Shown one piece after another: positions 1 through 15,100 of a stretch of DNA of 64,000 nt (positions within the stretch are counted from its first letter, which is position 1; each line of letters begins with the position of its first letter). The notes beneath the pieces are model-generated. The model did no database searches, was not told the DNA's origin, and worked only from the letters and a program-made list of their open reading frames with translations. Both the position numbers and the translations under genes were made by a program. This DNA comes from Antedon mediterranea (lineage: Eukaryota > Animalia > Echinodermata): assembly GCF_964355755.1 (NCBI RefSeq), contig NC_092674.1, positions 31,434,001 through 31,498,000 on the forward strand, given 5' to 3'.

Positions 1-64
1 ATCTATAAGGTATTCAGGGGCCCTCTATCTATAAGGTATTCAGGGGCCCTCTATCTATAAGGTA
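1..64. repeat. 26-bp tandem repeat, intronic, truncated by the window edge
   Basis: atctataaggtattcaggggccctct repeated about 2.5 times. Confidence 0.85.
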
Positions 65-126
65 TGCAGATTGATGTATGTAGAAAAAGACCATTTGTGA
101 TGATGGTCTATGGCTTAAATACTTAC

Positions 127-3100
127 TTAAGAAGAGTTCTACTGAGGAATAGTGCTAGTACTTTAAGAGACATTGCTCTAATCTGCTCATCCTCAGAAGC
201 CATCAACTTGAACACAACTCTGTTAAACAAAGAAAAATACATTCATAGAAGCATTTCAACAATTGTTCATTTTTTCCCTCTCACCATATCTGTATTTTCA
301 TTTTTAAACGTGTATTGCAATAAATGTAATAATATATTCAAAGTTAATAACTGAGTGTGTCCTCACTTGATTCCATTTTTCTTGTCAAATGCTGATGCCA
401 TACTTGTGTTATTCTCCACCATGAGTGACAACAAGAGCTGCAGGATGTCTCGGATATTCTCATCCTAGAAAAATTGCAATTTAAGTAAACAATGGTAAGA
501 TCAAGTGTGGTAAACTAGACCATTAAATGCTGTCACACCACCTATTCTACATTCATTCAGACTTTGTTATTTATCTAACTTTGTGACTAAAGCTCTGTCT
601 ACAATATCAAAATTTATGTGACAAAAAAATGTGATGATATTATATCACTACCATATTTGGGAATATCGCTACTACGATATTTTTGGGCACACACACTTTT
701 TTTGTCAAACTAGTTTTATAGTGTAGACAGACCTTTAGTCACAAACTCAGTGTTAAATATATATACTGCAGTCACCCCATTTGAAGTGATGGTGTCTCTA
801 GAAAAAAGAAAATTAAACTCACTTCATGTACTGTACTGAGAAAGTTCAAAACACTCTGCAGCTCATCATCATTGGCCGACTTCTCCCTCAGAATCAGCTG
901 CTTTGCAATCTGTACCAATAGTCCACGGATTGTCTTCATGTCTTCCAAATTTGGTCGTGTACCATCTAAATAAGCAAATTAATTTTATCATCATGGAAAT
1001 GGCTGTGGTTGAGTGAATAAATTTGCTTTGGTGTAAAGGGTTATCCTGATTTTCTCTGTTGTCGAAGTTGTATTTGTTTCCGTATTTTTGTATTGTTTTA
1101 ATGAGAATTTTGAAAATAAAGTCAATCAATCAATAAACAAGTGTGTATGACTGAGTAGCCATATTATCTATATGAATGAATGAATACCACAAATATGTGT
1201 TGGCTTCATTGTTATAGTATATCTCATTTAATTGTTATTGTTGAATACTAAATACAATGCTGTTTCTGTCATAAATGATTTATTACTAAATTTACATAGT
1301 CCAGGAAAGTACCAGGAAAACAAATATATATTTACCAACTGCTTTAGGAGTAATACCACTACGTGCCTCTGGGTTGATAACCCAGTAATAGTACTTAAGT
1401 GTGTGCATTAGCTGAAGAACAGTAGAAACACGACGGATACTGGTGTATATCACTGTCTGGTTCACAAACTCAGTTGCTAGGAATGTGTACAGTGATATCT
1501 GAACCTAAAGAAAAAAGAATTAACAAGACGTAAATATAAAATATAAGTATGAATTGGTATGGGTAACTTAGACAATGATTAAACTTACTGGACAACAAGC
1601 TTACCTTAGCGGGGGTAAAAATCCACAGGTTTGGGTTAAACAGTATGTGGTCCACTATGTTTCGGAGCAGTGCATTGCCCGTGGGTAAGGTGTTGAAATA
1701 CTTTGCAAGGTCAATAAATAATTCCAAAACATCATTTGTGAAATGTGCATTCGAGGCCTGTAATAAAGAAAATAAATAAGTTTTACATTGAATAAAGAAA
1801 AACTTTAGAGGTTATTTACAGGGGTGCCCAAAGTTTAAAAGTCACAATTCTGAATTTTAGCAAAATCAGAAACAGACAGCTTTAACATATATTTCACCAT
1901 ATCGCTGGGTGGTTTAGACATTTTTCTCTTCTGTTAAAATTGCTTAAATATTTTTGGATTTTCATCAAATATGCTACAAACAATGGGCTCATTGATAATC
2001 AGCTGTTGATAATATATAAAAAAGAATACCTTTTGCAACAAGTGACCCAAAACAACAAAACCTCTGCCCTGTAACATCTGTTGCTGGGTGCATAGAGAAC
2101 CTTTCAATAAGTCACTTAGTAGATTCAACAATGTCATACTGTAAAATTACAATTTTTATTTAATAAATTACATACACAAATTATCAAACCTAAAACATCA
2201 ACTTAATATTAATAATAAAAAAAAATATATATAAAAAAAAAAGAAAAATGTAAAACTGTAGAAAATTATAATGAAACTAAAGAAACATACCAAGCGCTTT
2301 CATCAATGGTGCCGTCCATAGTTTCAAAGTCTAATTGTGTAAATAGTGAAAACAACACCTGGATACCACCAATTGAGTGTAGAGTACTGTGAATGGAGTG
2401 AGTTACAATAGCACGCACATCCTAACAATGCAGGAAATAAATAAAAATATATTAACTTTTTTGGTTCATCAATGACACAACAATACAGTAATAATCAATT
2501 TCCACTAGTTTCTATACATTTTTTTTTTTTTTTCAATTATCAAATATCTTCATCAAAATGTTTTGAATGCTGCCCTCTTGGTAGATGACGAATAAGACAA
2601 TTAATTATCACCATGGAAACCAAACTATATAAAGTAAAATACGATATTAAGTTTAACTTTTTTTAAACTCCAAATAGTGGGTTATTTAGAATTTAATGTA
2701 TTTCTAAAAAAAAAAATTTAAAATTATGAGGTTTACCTGAACCATCAGTGCATGGGGAGAATGAACAAAAAATGATGGGTTTCCTTTAGGAGAGGAATCA
2801 AGGCATAACTGGCTCTCAGTGGCTGCCGGGTTGTACATAAACACAATGGCATTGCTAAGTTTACCATCGTACAGCACTTTCTTATGAGTTTCTGACAGAC
2901 TAACATCACTCTCTGATGGAAACTTGAAGTGATTCTGCAAGAAAATGTTTGTGTTTTTAGTGTAACCAAGAAAGGTTGTCCGGTACAAATTTTATGGTAT
3001 TGGTGATGGTAGGTAGTAGTGGTGATGGTACTTGTAATGGTTATACTGGCTGACCTCTTCAGTACCAGAATGTTCTCGCGTGAGACCAGCCCAGGAACAT

Positions 3101-6100
3101 GATCAGCACACTGGGAGACAATCTTTTTATATAGTGTATCAAGTTCTTTATTATGTTTATATTATACACACATGACCAAAATATCTATGTGCCTTCTGAA
3201 TCTAAAGGTTGTAATTACACAAACCAATAGTGGTGTTGGTAGTTTACCTGGATAATTGTGCTCCCTCCCCTCATACAAGAGGTCTTGTGAAATGATGATG
3301 GTGGTTTGTGGGGAGGCTCCCACCTGAGGGCATAGTTCCTAGACTATACCATTTGTGGAAAGGGGTGTTCAATTAACATTTCTACTTTTCGAGGTATATT
3401 TTGCTCTTCAAGGAGAAAGGTTGTAATTGTAGACACCAATCAACACGATAGCTCATTTTTCTTTTTATTAAATGCTCTGTAGATGAAACTTAAGGAATAA
3501 GAAACTGCTTACTTTATAATTGGGATTCATTAGATAAATAGCTTCTATCTGTTGTGGAGTTAGAGCTTCACTAAACAGATAAACACAAGCTAACTGGCCA
3601 CAGAATGTCCTCTCTTTGTCTGCAGATGGTGCTGCTCCTAGAAAGCATTTGTCAAATGGCTGTGGGAGAACAAGAATAAAATAACAAATTAATATTCTAT
3701 GAATCTCTTTGTTAACTACATATTTTTTTTATTCCTGTCCCATACTTGTAAATGAATCCAATTGGTAAGGATGTACTGACTAACTAGAAAGTTAGGATGT
3801 ACTAACTTATAGGAAGTTAGGTTAAGTAAAAGGCCTGAGTCGTTTTCACTTTGTTCGCCGAACTAGTGAAATATAGAGAAATACAATTATATAAATATTT
3901 TACAGTAACAAATAGCTTTCATGATTTTGGAGGTTACCATTGTCAGAAAGGCCAGATACAGATATTCAATACAGTATTGTTATTGTCTACCTAAAAAAAC
4001 TTATATAAGATTTGACTTTTAAGTTTAACTTAAAAGATAATCACCTCATTGACATTGACATGCCATGGCATCTCACCAGATGATACCAATTTTCCGTTGA
4101 CAAAACATTTGATTTCATTATTCTTCCACCGATGGTAAATGTGTACAACAGAAACCATATACCACTTAAATGAAAAAAAGTCTTGTTAATTAATAAGTTA
4201 TTATTAAGTAATTGTATTTACTTTAGGCTGTGAAGGTATTATATTTTATTATATATATTATATTTAAAAAAAATTACTTTACAAGCCCAAAGTACCCACC
4301 AATAGGTGAGGTTTTAAAGTAGTTTAAAGCCTTCCCAGTACAATTCCAGTCAATTTGAAATCATGTTTATGGATGTTTTTAATAGCAAAAACAAATTGTA
4401 TATAGTGGACAAATGTACAAACTCTCTCTTACATTATAGATGGACCAAAGGATAGTATCAGAAAATCAGTTATTATTATTGCTTTGGACATATTATGAGT
4501 TTGAACATATACCTTTCTTGGTTGAAAGTCAAACTTAATGCAATGCTGGAATCCCTTTCCTTTCACTTTGACCGAAGTAATGACCAAACATGACCCCATG
4601 AAATGACCTGAATAGCCAACACCTTTACCTGTACGGAAACTGAAACAAAAAAATTGGTAAAACCGAAACTTAATTTCATCCAATTTAAAAAAATATATTT
4701 AAGCCTTAATTTCTATATCTAAACTCTCTTCAATTTTCAAGTATTTTACATACATTTTTATAGACTGTTTATTAGTTGTATTCATAACATTTACAACTAC
4801 ATTTATCGGTTAAGAGTCAAATAATTACTCATTTGAGACTTTGTAAATGGAAAATTAAGCTGTTGAAGATTTATTTATTAGTAGTTGTGAGTTTTATGAT
4901 GGCGTATAAAAATTCACATATTGCTTAAATTTAATTTAAGATGGTATATTATACCAGAAGAGGTATTACTTAGACTTAATTTAACATGGCATATTATACC
5001 AGAAGAGGTGTTACTTAGACTTAATTTAACATGGCATATCATACCAGAAGAGGTATTACTTAGACTTAATTTTACATGGCATATTATACCAGAAGAGGTA
5101 TTGCTTAGACTTAATTTTACATGGCATATTATACCAGAAGAGGTATTACTTAGAATTAATTTAAAATGGCATATTATACCAGAAGAGGTATTGCTTAGAC
5201 TTAATTTAACATGGCATATCATACCAGATGAGGTGTTGCTTAGTTTTAATTTAAGATGGCATATTATACCAGAAGAGGTATTACTTAGACTTAATTTAAA
5301 ATGGCATATTATACCAGAAGAGGTATTGCTTAGACTTAATTTAACATGGCATATCATACCAGAAGAGGTGTTGCTTAGTTTTAATTTAAGATGGCATATT
5401 ATACCAGAAGAGGTATTGCTTAGACTTAATTTAACATGGCATATCATACCAGAAGAGGTGTTGCTTAGTTTTAATTTAAGATGGCATATTATACCAGAAG
5501 AGGTATTGCTTAGACTTAATTTTACATGGCATATCATACCAGAAGAGGTATTGCTTAGTTTTAATTTAAGATGGCATATTATACCAGAAGAGGTATTGCT
5601 TAGACTTAATTTAAGATGGCATATTATACCAGAAGAGGTATTGCTTAGACTTAATTTAACATGGCATATTATACCAGAAGAGGTATTGCTTAGTTTTAAT
5701 TTAACATGGCATATTATACCAGAAGAGGTATTGCTTAGACTTAATTTAAGATGGCATATTATACCAGAAGAGGTATTGCTTAGACTTAATTTAACATGGC
5801 ATATTATACCAGAAGAGGCTTTGCTTAGACTTAGACCTAATTTAAGATGGTATATTATACCAGAAGAGGTATTGCTTAGACTTAATTTTACATGGCATAT
5901 TATACCAGAAGAGGTGTTGCTTAGACCTAATTTAAGATGGCATATCATACCAGAAGAGGTATTGCTTAGTTTTAATTTAAGATGGCATATCATACCAGAA
6001 GAGGTATGGTTTGTCACGGTCCACGTTAATGTTGGTCACAGGATCCAATCGGAACCACGTAGTGAAAGTAAATCCATTCTGGTGCGGCCATTTTGACATG

Positions 6101-9100
6101 GGTGGTAAAGCAATTGCCTGAAAATAAATTTAACAAATATAATTATTATTGCTGAAATAATTAAAAAAACAAAATTTGTCCTTAAATTAACTTTCTTTAT
6201 TTACCAAGAAATTAAAATGAATAAACAAACTAAGTATTCTAAAAAAAATGTAATTTCTTCGTCCTTTTCATATAAAATCAATAATCTTAATTTCAAAATC
6301 AATTTACATGATCATTGATTTTGAATTTTTCGCTCATTATAATATTTGAATTTAGTTTATTGTTGACTTTCAATTACTACAGTTGGTATACAAATACACT
6401 AGCTGTTTATTATTACAGGAAAATGCTATCTGAATGAAGGCAGTAACACTGGAATATTTTGATATTAAACTTTTTGATCATCCTTAAATGCACTATGTTT
6501 AATATAGTAGTTGAACAGCTCAAATTCAGTTTTTAATTTCTATTTGACAGTATGCTAGACACAAAGGTTTTTTTTTTATCAGAATTCGAAAAACACAAAT
6601 TTGATTAAGAAATAAAAATGTTGAATGATGGAGATGAGCATCCTACCTGGGATGACATAAATAGAGACGTAACAATAATAATGCCATCAACTTAAGCTAA
6701 AGATCACAAATACAGATATACATGCATAAATCTAATCGTAAGCATCAGACTTAGATAGCTGAAGAAATCTTAGGGAATCCCCCAAGCTTTTCGGAATATT
6801 CATCAATTTGAACCTTAGTATTTGAACAACATAATATTATTAACAACATTATGTGCACATTAATTCAGTTTAGAATAACGAATGAACAATTTCCTCAAAC
6901 CAAGTAGTGGACTATTGATGCACTCTACATCAAGTACATCATAATGACATGCTAATCCATATAATTGCAAATGGCCACTAATGATAAACGTATCAGTACA
7001 AATTTGTCTAATAATCCTCATTATACTGTAGAATTATACTCTAATCTTGTAGTAGTAGATTCATTCTACAGATAAGTCTTATCTTATTGTTAGTACATTG
7101 CAATTATTTTTGTTAACATAATGTTTTACTAAATAGTAAATTTCTCTAGGAATATTTAAAAGAATTGATGCGTTTTTATATACATGTACAGGCATTTCTA
7201 AAATTAAAATAAATTTTATAGATATTTTGAGCAATAAAGTGCTTAGGGGTTATTGTACATTGCTATTGATTGGACGTTACAGCCTATTCCTTATTTCACG
7301 TAATGAGGGCTAGACATTGAACCATGCGAGGTCAATTTCTAGAAGCAAAGTTGACATTTTGAATTATTCCAGCAACTTATTTGCTTTTGTTTGTTATCAG
7401 AATAATAACACTACATTACAGTATAAATATTATATCACTGAGAATACAATACATTTTTAAACGGAGTAAAATGCAATTTACCTTCAGCATGCAGAGTTAT
7501 TAATCATCATAGTGCACTTATAATTATAATGTTTAATTAAACATTAATGATTAATTGGTAGAATATATAACAATAGATAATAACCAATACTACTTAATTG
7601 TATAGTGATGCAAGGTAGGTATATGCTACAGGTATAATATAACTGATAATATTATTTATTACTGTACAGGTATAAAATTAATTTGCTCAGTAGGTGGTTT
7701 GTGATAGATTAGTATTTAGATACTCATTATATTAAACTGAAATACCATTATCATAAATTAATTTTTATAAAATGATATTATAACCTAATCTATTGTATTT
7801 AATGACATTATATTACTTTCATGTATAGAATCCGGCACTACATCACAGCATATTATTAAGGAAGACATTAAGTCAGATCAATAAAATCACTTTCTCACAA
7901 CGCGTTGAATGTACTGTTGCTAATATTTGAAAAGCTTGTATCTTACTGCATAAACTACAGTACTAAAATAGTAAAAAGTAATTTTGAAATGAAAAGCAGA
8001 AACAGAATTTCTTTCGTTTTCAATTTATGATTAAATTCACTTACTGATCCAACAGTACCAGGGAAATTGAAGAAAACGTCAGGTCCATGTCTGCAAGGCA
8101 TTTGACGCAGAACTTGCAATAACTTGATTGAATATTTGGGCTAAAAAAACATAAAATAGAAAATAGTGCACATTAAGCAATATTTTAGTCTTTTTACAAA
8201 TCAACACAGCTTTTTTATAATAAGACATTAGTGAAAATAAAAAATTATTTTCAACTGAATGCCAATTAAATGGAAAACCTTTTATCAAATATACAAATTT
8301 TAATTCATCAGATTAGAGGAAAATATGCTGCTGATAAATTGACATTACAAAATTCTTCAAAAGTATATTTTAAGAGTAAAACATGGAACCAGGGAGTTGT
8401 CCCTGATGGAACCAAATTAATGCCTTGTCTATACTATCAAATTTCATGTACCAAAAAAAATGTGATGTGGCTATATATGGACATGATGATGTCATATGAT
8501 ATCACTACCATATTTGGCATATCACACTTTTTTTGCCAAACTAGTTTGATAGTGTAGACAGAGCTTTAGACTTTGTAAAATCATAGATCAAGAAAGTAAA
8601 AAGTGCTTGTTCATTCATACAATGTTTTATTACAGTAATTTTGACACTGAATAAATATGTGAATAGACTGTTTGCCTAAAGACATCATTGAGATTATCTT
8701 AAGAGTGAAGTTTTAATTCCTAACAGACACATATCCAATCAAAATGTACATAGAAACATATAAACAGTGGCAAGATATGTGTGCTCATTATAACAAATTA
8801 CTCATTAGAGATACAGAGTAGGCATATACGTGACATCATGTTTGTAACAAGACACCTTGCACAATCTAAATATCAAATGCATCGTGGGATTGTTATGGAT
8901 CATCTCGCTAACATGCTCATCACATTATGGATTAATCCTGCAACATTATGTAAATGAAATCATCCTAAATGTTTACGCCTGTGATTGGTCTATTCCTTAT
9001 CCTACCAATCTTAAGTGCTACTGCTAAGAATCTATCTTAAAATGCTCATATTTTGATCATTTTGCTCATCAATTTATCCAAGTTTTAATCCAACCAATGG

Positions 9101-12100
9101 CATAATCATTGAGTTTGTATCCACAAGCACAGAGAAATTTAAGTATTACTTAGATTATTAGTTGTAGCATATCGTATGTAGTACCAATGTTCATGATTAA
9201 GTAGCCCCATTAGCCTTCACCTTTGACATTATGACTCACATTTAAAAGGAACATAGATAGACAAAATTGCGAATGTTATGTCAAATAAATTCATGTTTAA
9301 TAAGGTAATGTGAAAAATGAAAAATATTATTAATGTTTTATAGTTTCTCTCAGATTGAAATTGTTAGTTCCGAAAATTAATTTGAATTATTTGAATTAAA
9401 ATCACACGGATGTTTGCTTTGAACCTCTGCACCATGGCAATTTGGTTCTTTCTCACACGGATGTTTGCTTTGAACCGTCTGCACCATGGCAATTTGGTTC
9501 TTTCTCACACGGATGTTTGCTTTGAACCGTCTGCACCATGGCAATTTGGTTCTTTCTCACACGGATGTTTGCTTTGAACCATCTGTACCATGGCAATTTG
9601 GTTCTTTCTCACACGGATGTTTGCTTTGAACCGTCTGCACCATGGCAATTTGGTTCTTTCTCACACGGATGTTTGCTTTGAACCGTCTGCACCATGGCAA
9701 TTTGGTTCTTTCTCACACGGATGTTTGCTTTGAACCGTCTGCACCATGGCAATTTGGTTCTTTTTCACATGGATGTTTGCTTTGAACCGTCTGCACCATG
9801 GTAATTTGGTTCTTTCTCACACGGATGTTTGCTTTGAACCGTCTGCACCATGGCAATTTGGTTCTTTCTCACACGGATGTTTGCTTTGAACCGTCTGCAC
9901 CATGGCAATTTGGTTCTTTCTCACATGGATGTTTGCTTTGAGCCGTCTGCACCATGGCAATTTGGTTCTTTCTCACACGGATGTTTGCTTTTGAACCGTC
10001 TGCACCATGGCAATTTGGTTCTTTCTCACACGGATGTTTGCTTTGAACCGTCTGCACCATGGCAATTTGGTTCTTTCTCACACGGATGTTTGCTTTGAAC
10101 CGTCTGCACCATGGCAATTTGGTTCTTTCTCACACGGATGTTTGCTTTGAACCGTCTGCATCATGGCAATTTGGTTCTTTCTAACACGGATGTTTGCTTT
10201 GAACCTTCTGCACCATGGCAATTTGGTTCTTTCTCACACGGATGTTTGCTTTGAACCGTCTGCACCATGGCAATTTGGTTCTTTCTCACACGGATGTTTG
10301 CTTTTGAACCGTCTGCACCATGGCAATTTGGTTCTTTCTCACACGGATGTTTGCTTTGAACCGTCTGCACCATGGCAATTTGGTTCTTTCTCACACATAT
10401 GCCTGCTTTATGTTCCTTTGGTATCATATGGTAATTTGATGTTAGCCGAGATTAAAGGCTCTTAAGTTAACCAATAGTTACATCAAAAAACACTCTGGGG
10501 TTGTTAACCTTCTTTTGAAGCAATACTTGTTTGTCTTGTTTTCTGAGACTTTTGTCGCTATGGTAATTTGGTGTCCTCTCAGCAGACTCTTAATACCCAT
10601 GTGCTCATTTCATAGTGAACAACAAAACTCTCATTGTTATTTTAAAATTTAATAATAAAATGCTACATTACCCATTTTCCATCGCATCCCTTGAGGCTCT
10701 TAAACAGAATCTTCAATTCTTTCACTGATATGCTATAGTTTGCAAGCACACCTATGATCTCTACAAGCAACTCTGTAAACAAGACAATAAAATGTAAATT
10801 TGTTAATCATCTTGCTATTATTAAAGTGCACTTCATTATGAGAAGGCTTTTAGGGCAGCGTACTGGTGGTAATTGACAATCGGGAAATAATTTACATTTT
10901 ATATAATTGTGCACTAAGCTTTGAAATCTGTGTCAATTATGAGTTAGCAACCAAGCTTGCCCAAGGATGCCTAATTTTGGATTGATAGTCTTATTTATAC
11001 TCTTTTTCAATTGAGCTTATGTTTGATTTTAATGCCATTACAGTAGTTCATTATAAGCTTGTAGTGGGGACTCCTTGATATAATATACGATATGTGTTGA
11101 AAGCTCCATAATAATATGAGAATAACGGCATTTTTCAGATTGATAATCAATATCATTACTGATAAACCAACACACACAATATCCCATCATACCAGCACAA
11201 TCCATAATACAGGATAATGTTATGTGGCTTGTGTATCTTGCTTGTGTATCTCATTGTGTTTTTGATTGATGTATAGTGTACTGATACTATACCCTCTCTC
11301 ATCAAATAAGTCAATGATGTAGATAGATAGAGTGTTTTAGTGTTGCACACCAAGGATAACCAAAGTCCTTAGACTTGTTTCAGATGGAATACTCTGGTGG
11401 TGAATTGAGAGAGTGTACTGCGTTAAGAGTGTACATGTACAAGGGCTGGCTTAACGTCTCATCCGAAGGAGCTCTTTTACAGTTTTACCAAAAAATTATA
11501 CCTGCAATGATTTCCTCCGATTGTGGTAAGCGGTCTAGCAGTTTCTCAATCAAACCAACACTTGTACAGGCTTGTAAATTTAACACACTTCGCCGAACAA
11601 TGCCGCAAAACATACTCCATATTTCAGCCTATAGGAATAAGAAATCATTTGTGAAACATGCGAGATGAAGAGGAATAAACATGGTTTCAGAACTGAAACA
11701 GTTAATACATAAATTTCACGTTATAACTGTATACAGGTAGCATGGCCACCTGTATTTAAATCTAATGTAAAAGCAACTTAACTGGACTACAGTAACTATC
11801 TGTAGTGACCTATGCACTTTAAATTTTGAACCTTTAATTTTATGTAAAGTATTGCACACTGTATGTTTGACTGTGATCAACAGTATGCACCTTTTTAGTT
11901 AGTACGTACTGAACCTATGTAAACCTACGTACCTGTTGTGTGACCTGACAATGACTCATAAGTTCCAGGAGATGGTTGACATTTTCCGGGTCGTCTATGA
12001 TGAAAGCACATTCTAAATCAAATTCACGACCAACAAGCTAAGGGCAAAAAAAAAATAAATAAAAAAATCAATATCACTACTTCAAAGTATAGTAAACTCA

Positions 12101-15100
12101 AGGTAACGTAAAAAATAAACAATGTTTTATTTATTGGTTATCTACTCTATGTGAAGCATTAAACCACATTTTTGCTCTATCTTTTATTTATTTATTTACA
12201 GTATTTATTTATAGAATTTGAATTTGTATTCATATTTCAATCTTTGCTGTATTATCTTCGCCTATTTAACAAAAGAGTATGTTTTTAAGTTTTTAAATTA
12301 TTCGTTTATATTGGTATACTGCAGTATAGTAATACTGATGTAGGGAGATGATAAAATAAAACTCCTTCATAAACCTTGTGGATTGCCCACAGTGCAAGCA
12401 CTTTCAATGATACAGTAGCTTTACAATAAACAGAACAAATAAAAGAAAAGGTGAGGTATGTATGGGTGTTGCTGCTCACCTGATGGCGTGGTCACGGACG
12501 ATACCACTAACTTGTAGGGGAATACTACTGTAAGAATATTTTTACTTTCGATATTGAACGGGAAAACCTGTATGTCGGTTTATCCAGGTAAGTTAGTCAC
12601 GTAATAGACAGTAAAATTAATACCTTTTTTTTATCATAATATATGACACTTAAAAATGTAAAATAATAAATGGTTTGGTAAACAGTGGTAGTAAATGTAG
12701 TAGCATTTTATTTAATAAAGATGCAATAGAATACAACAGTTATAATAGATCTACAGTATTTCATAATACTACAGTTTAACTAGACCATAAATTGTACAGA
12801 ATTGAATATAGATACTGTTCATAATAACGAGTTGACAACTAATTTCAAAGCATCAGTATGTGTTGCTATGGTGATAATTGAGGCTGATCCTTTTTATTGT
12901 GACACACACCGAAATTAATTAACTAGATTGAATGAAGATGAACATGCTAAAAACAAGAACAATTTACTTTCCTGACTGCATATAAATTTCCAGTCATATA
13001 TTATACAATTAATAATATAGTTCATGATTCTTTATTAAAGGCTGTCAGTGTCATAATCTAGGGCCTTCTTCTTATCGAATCCACTATGTATATGAATACG
13101 GACACTCCTAACTTGACTCTAATCTACAGTAGGGCCTAAAAAAATGTAATACAAAGTATACAAATATCTTCTGCATCCATCCCCTCCTGCTTTCCAGATC
13201 AACCTAAACTATGACAAAACTGGCCAGTATTAGTTGCAACAGAGCAAGGGTTACAATATTGGGATAGTAAGTCTGTAGGTAAATCCACTGAGAGTCATAT
13301 AGTAGACAGTTTTAAACTATAAAAGTTTGATATCTAAATTTAAGAATAATTTACAATGACCATTTCATTTTATTTCAACTGAATTACCATGATTGCATTT
13401 AATAGATTCAGTAAATCTTCTTCATGAATTTATGCAGTCTAAATTAAGTTGTTAACTCTAATAGTCCTGGTACATTACTTAATGTATGAAATGCTTTAGT
13501 ATTATAATGTAGTATGAATTGGATTAATGTCTAAATTTATTAAGTTATTTTAACATTTATCAATGTGTAGCAATGTAGGTTAAGTTATTTTGAGCATTAA
13601 TACAATTAGTGGGCTGTATTCAGTCGATGCTAGAAAGCTAACATATTAAAGTACTCATCACAGGAGACAACTATTATGATAGAAACAAATAAAAACCTTG
13701 CAAATATTTTCCTTTGCTTTGTTTTATTAAGAAGATTTTTCATAAACATTTTATGCACATTGAAATGGATTCTTTTTGGAATTGAAATTTATTTAAATTA
13801 ATTAGTTGAACATTTGATTAATATTACTGTATAATGTTGTATTCTTACTGTATATATCGTTGTATGGAGGGCTATAAATCAGCCATCAACAAATCTCACA
13901 ACTAATCTACAATCAAACTAATATTGTAATGTTTCCAAGCACTGTGTAACTACGACAGGAAGTCAAAAAATGTGAACAATTAGAAATGATTGTACATTGG
14001 TCCATGTTATGTTTTCAGCAGGCATTGTACAATACTTCCCTATTTACTTTTTTTGCTTTAAGTCCTATTATCTTTATACCACTTTCTCGGATACTAATGC
14101 TAAAAATATCCGTATCCATCAGATCCATACTCAATCCTGTGTGTACGCAATAAACTGAAATGCATGCATAATATAATGTCGTCTCTCAATGCACATATAG
14201 TATACTGTAGTAACAATTGTTTTGCATGAATCACAATATGTTATAGTAATTTTTTGTTTCAAATTCTAGTCAATCCATAGATAGTTGGTCTGAGACTGAG
14301 TCATTGACTATTAGGTGCCAATATTTCACACTTTTTACTAAGGTTTTCACTAATTCTATAATCCTTAAAAAAAAATTGAATAAAAAAAATGTCAATAGGG
14401 TAAAACATCAATAAACAGTTTATTAATTGTATTTAAACCGTGAACAAAATGTAAACTGACGATTATTGATTTCCTCAATGGTCAATGACAACAAATATTT
14501 ATCTATCCTCTCAAAATCTCTCGGGTCTACTGTACTTCAATCTAATATCCATCTTCATAATACGCTAATTACGAGTGTCACAGAATAGGCATCAGATACT
14601 GTTGTTTTGATGATGATATATCTTCAGGGTATCCACTGGTTTAGAATTTTAATTTACTTCACAGATAGGAAAAAAGTTATTAGTCATTGAAGAAAGCTAT
14701 TAAAAACAAAAACGCATCAAGTTGATAGTATGTATGTTGTTTAATAAAGTACCTGTGAATGATTGTTTTTTTTATTTTTAAGCTACTAAAAATAGTGAAA
14801 CAACATATTCCTATACAACAAAAGACCTGGATACAGTAATGAAAACATTCAGTCCCCAAAATTGAAACCTTACTGTACTTCTGTATTACATGTACTCAGG
14901 GTTTTGTTTATTGGCAGAGACACAGAGACTTTTACACAGCTGTTATGGTTTTGGTCTGATATTTTTTTTAGGGTTCTGTAGACTGTAGTACAGTACTTTC
15001 GTACAAAATCTCTCCTATTTTTTCTACAGGTGACTGAGTTTCCTTTATCTTGATCCTTTCAAAAAACCTGTTAAAAGTATCTTCACTATTCCTTCCTTCC

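Noticed and set aside
4914-6096. 367-aa and 391-aa ORFs on opposite strands
   Set aside because: Both arise from a 45-bp (3n) tandem unit that is stop-free in those frames. They lie in an NBEA intron, have no unique domain, and the true NBEA frame hits TAA in the first unit.
9403-10397. CRISPR-like appearance of regular repeats (also 34471-35024 and 48004-48343)
   Set aside because: The units are contiguous with no unique spacers, there are no cas genes, and the context is eukaryotic intron.
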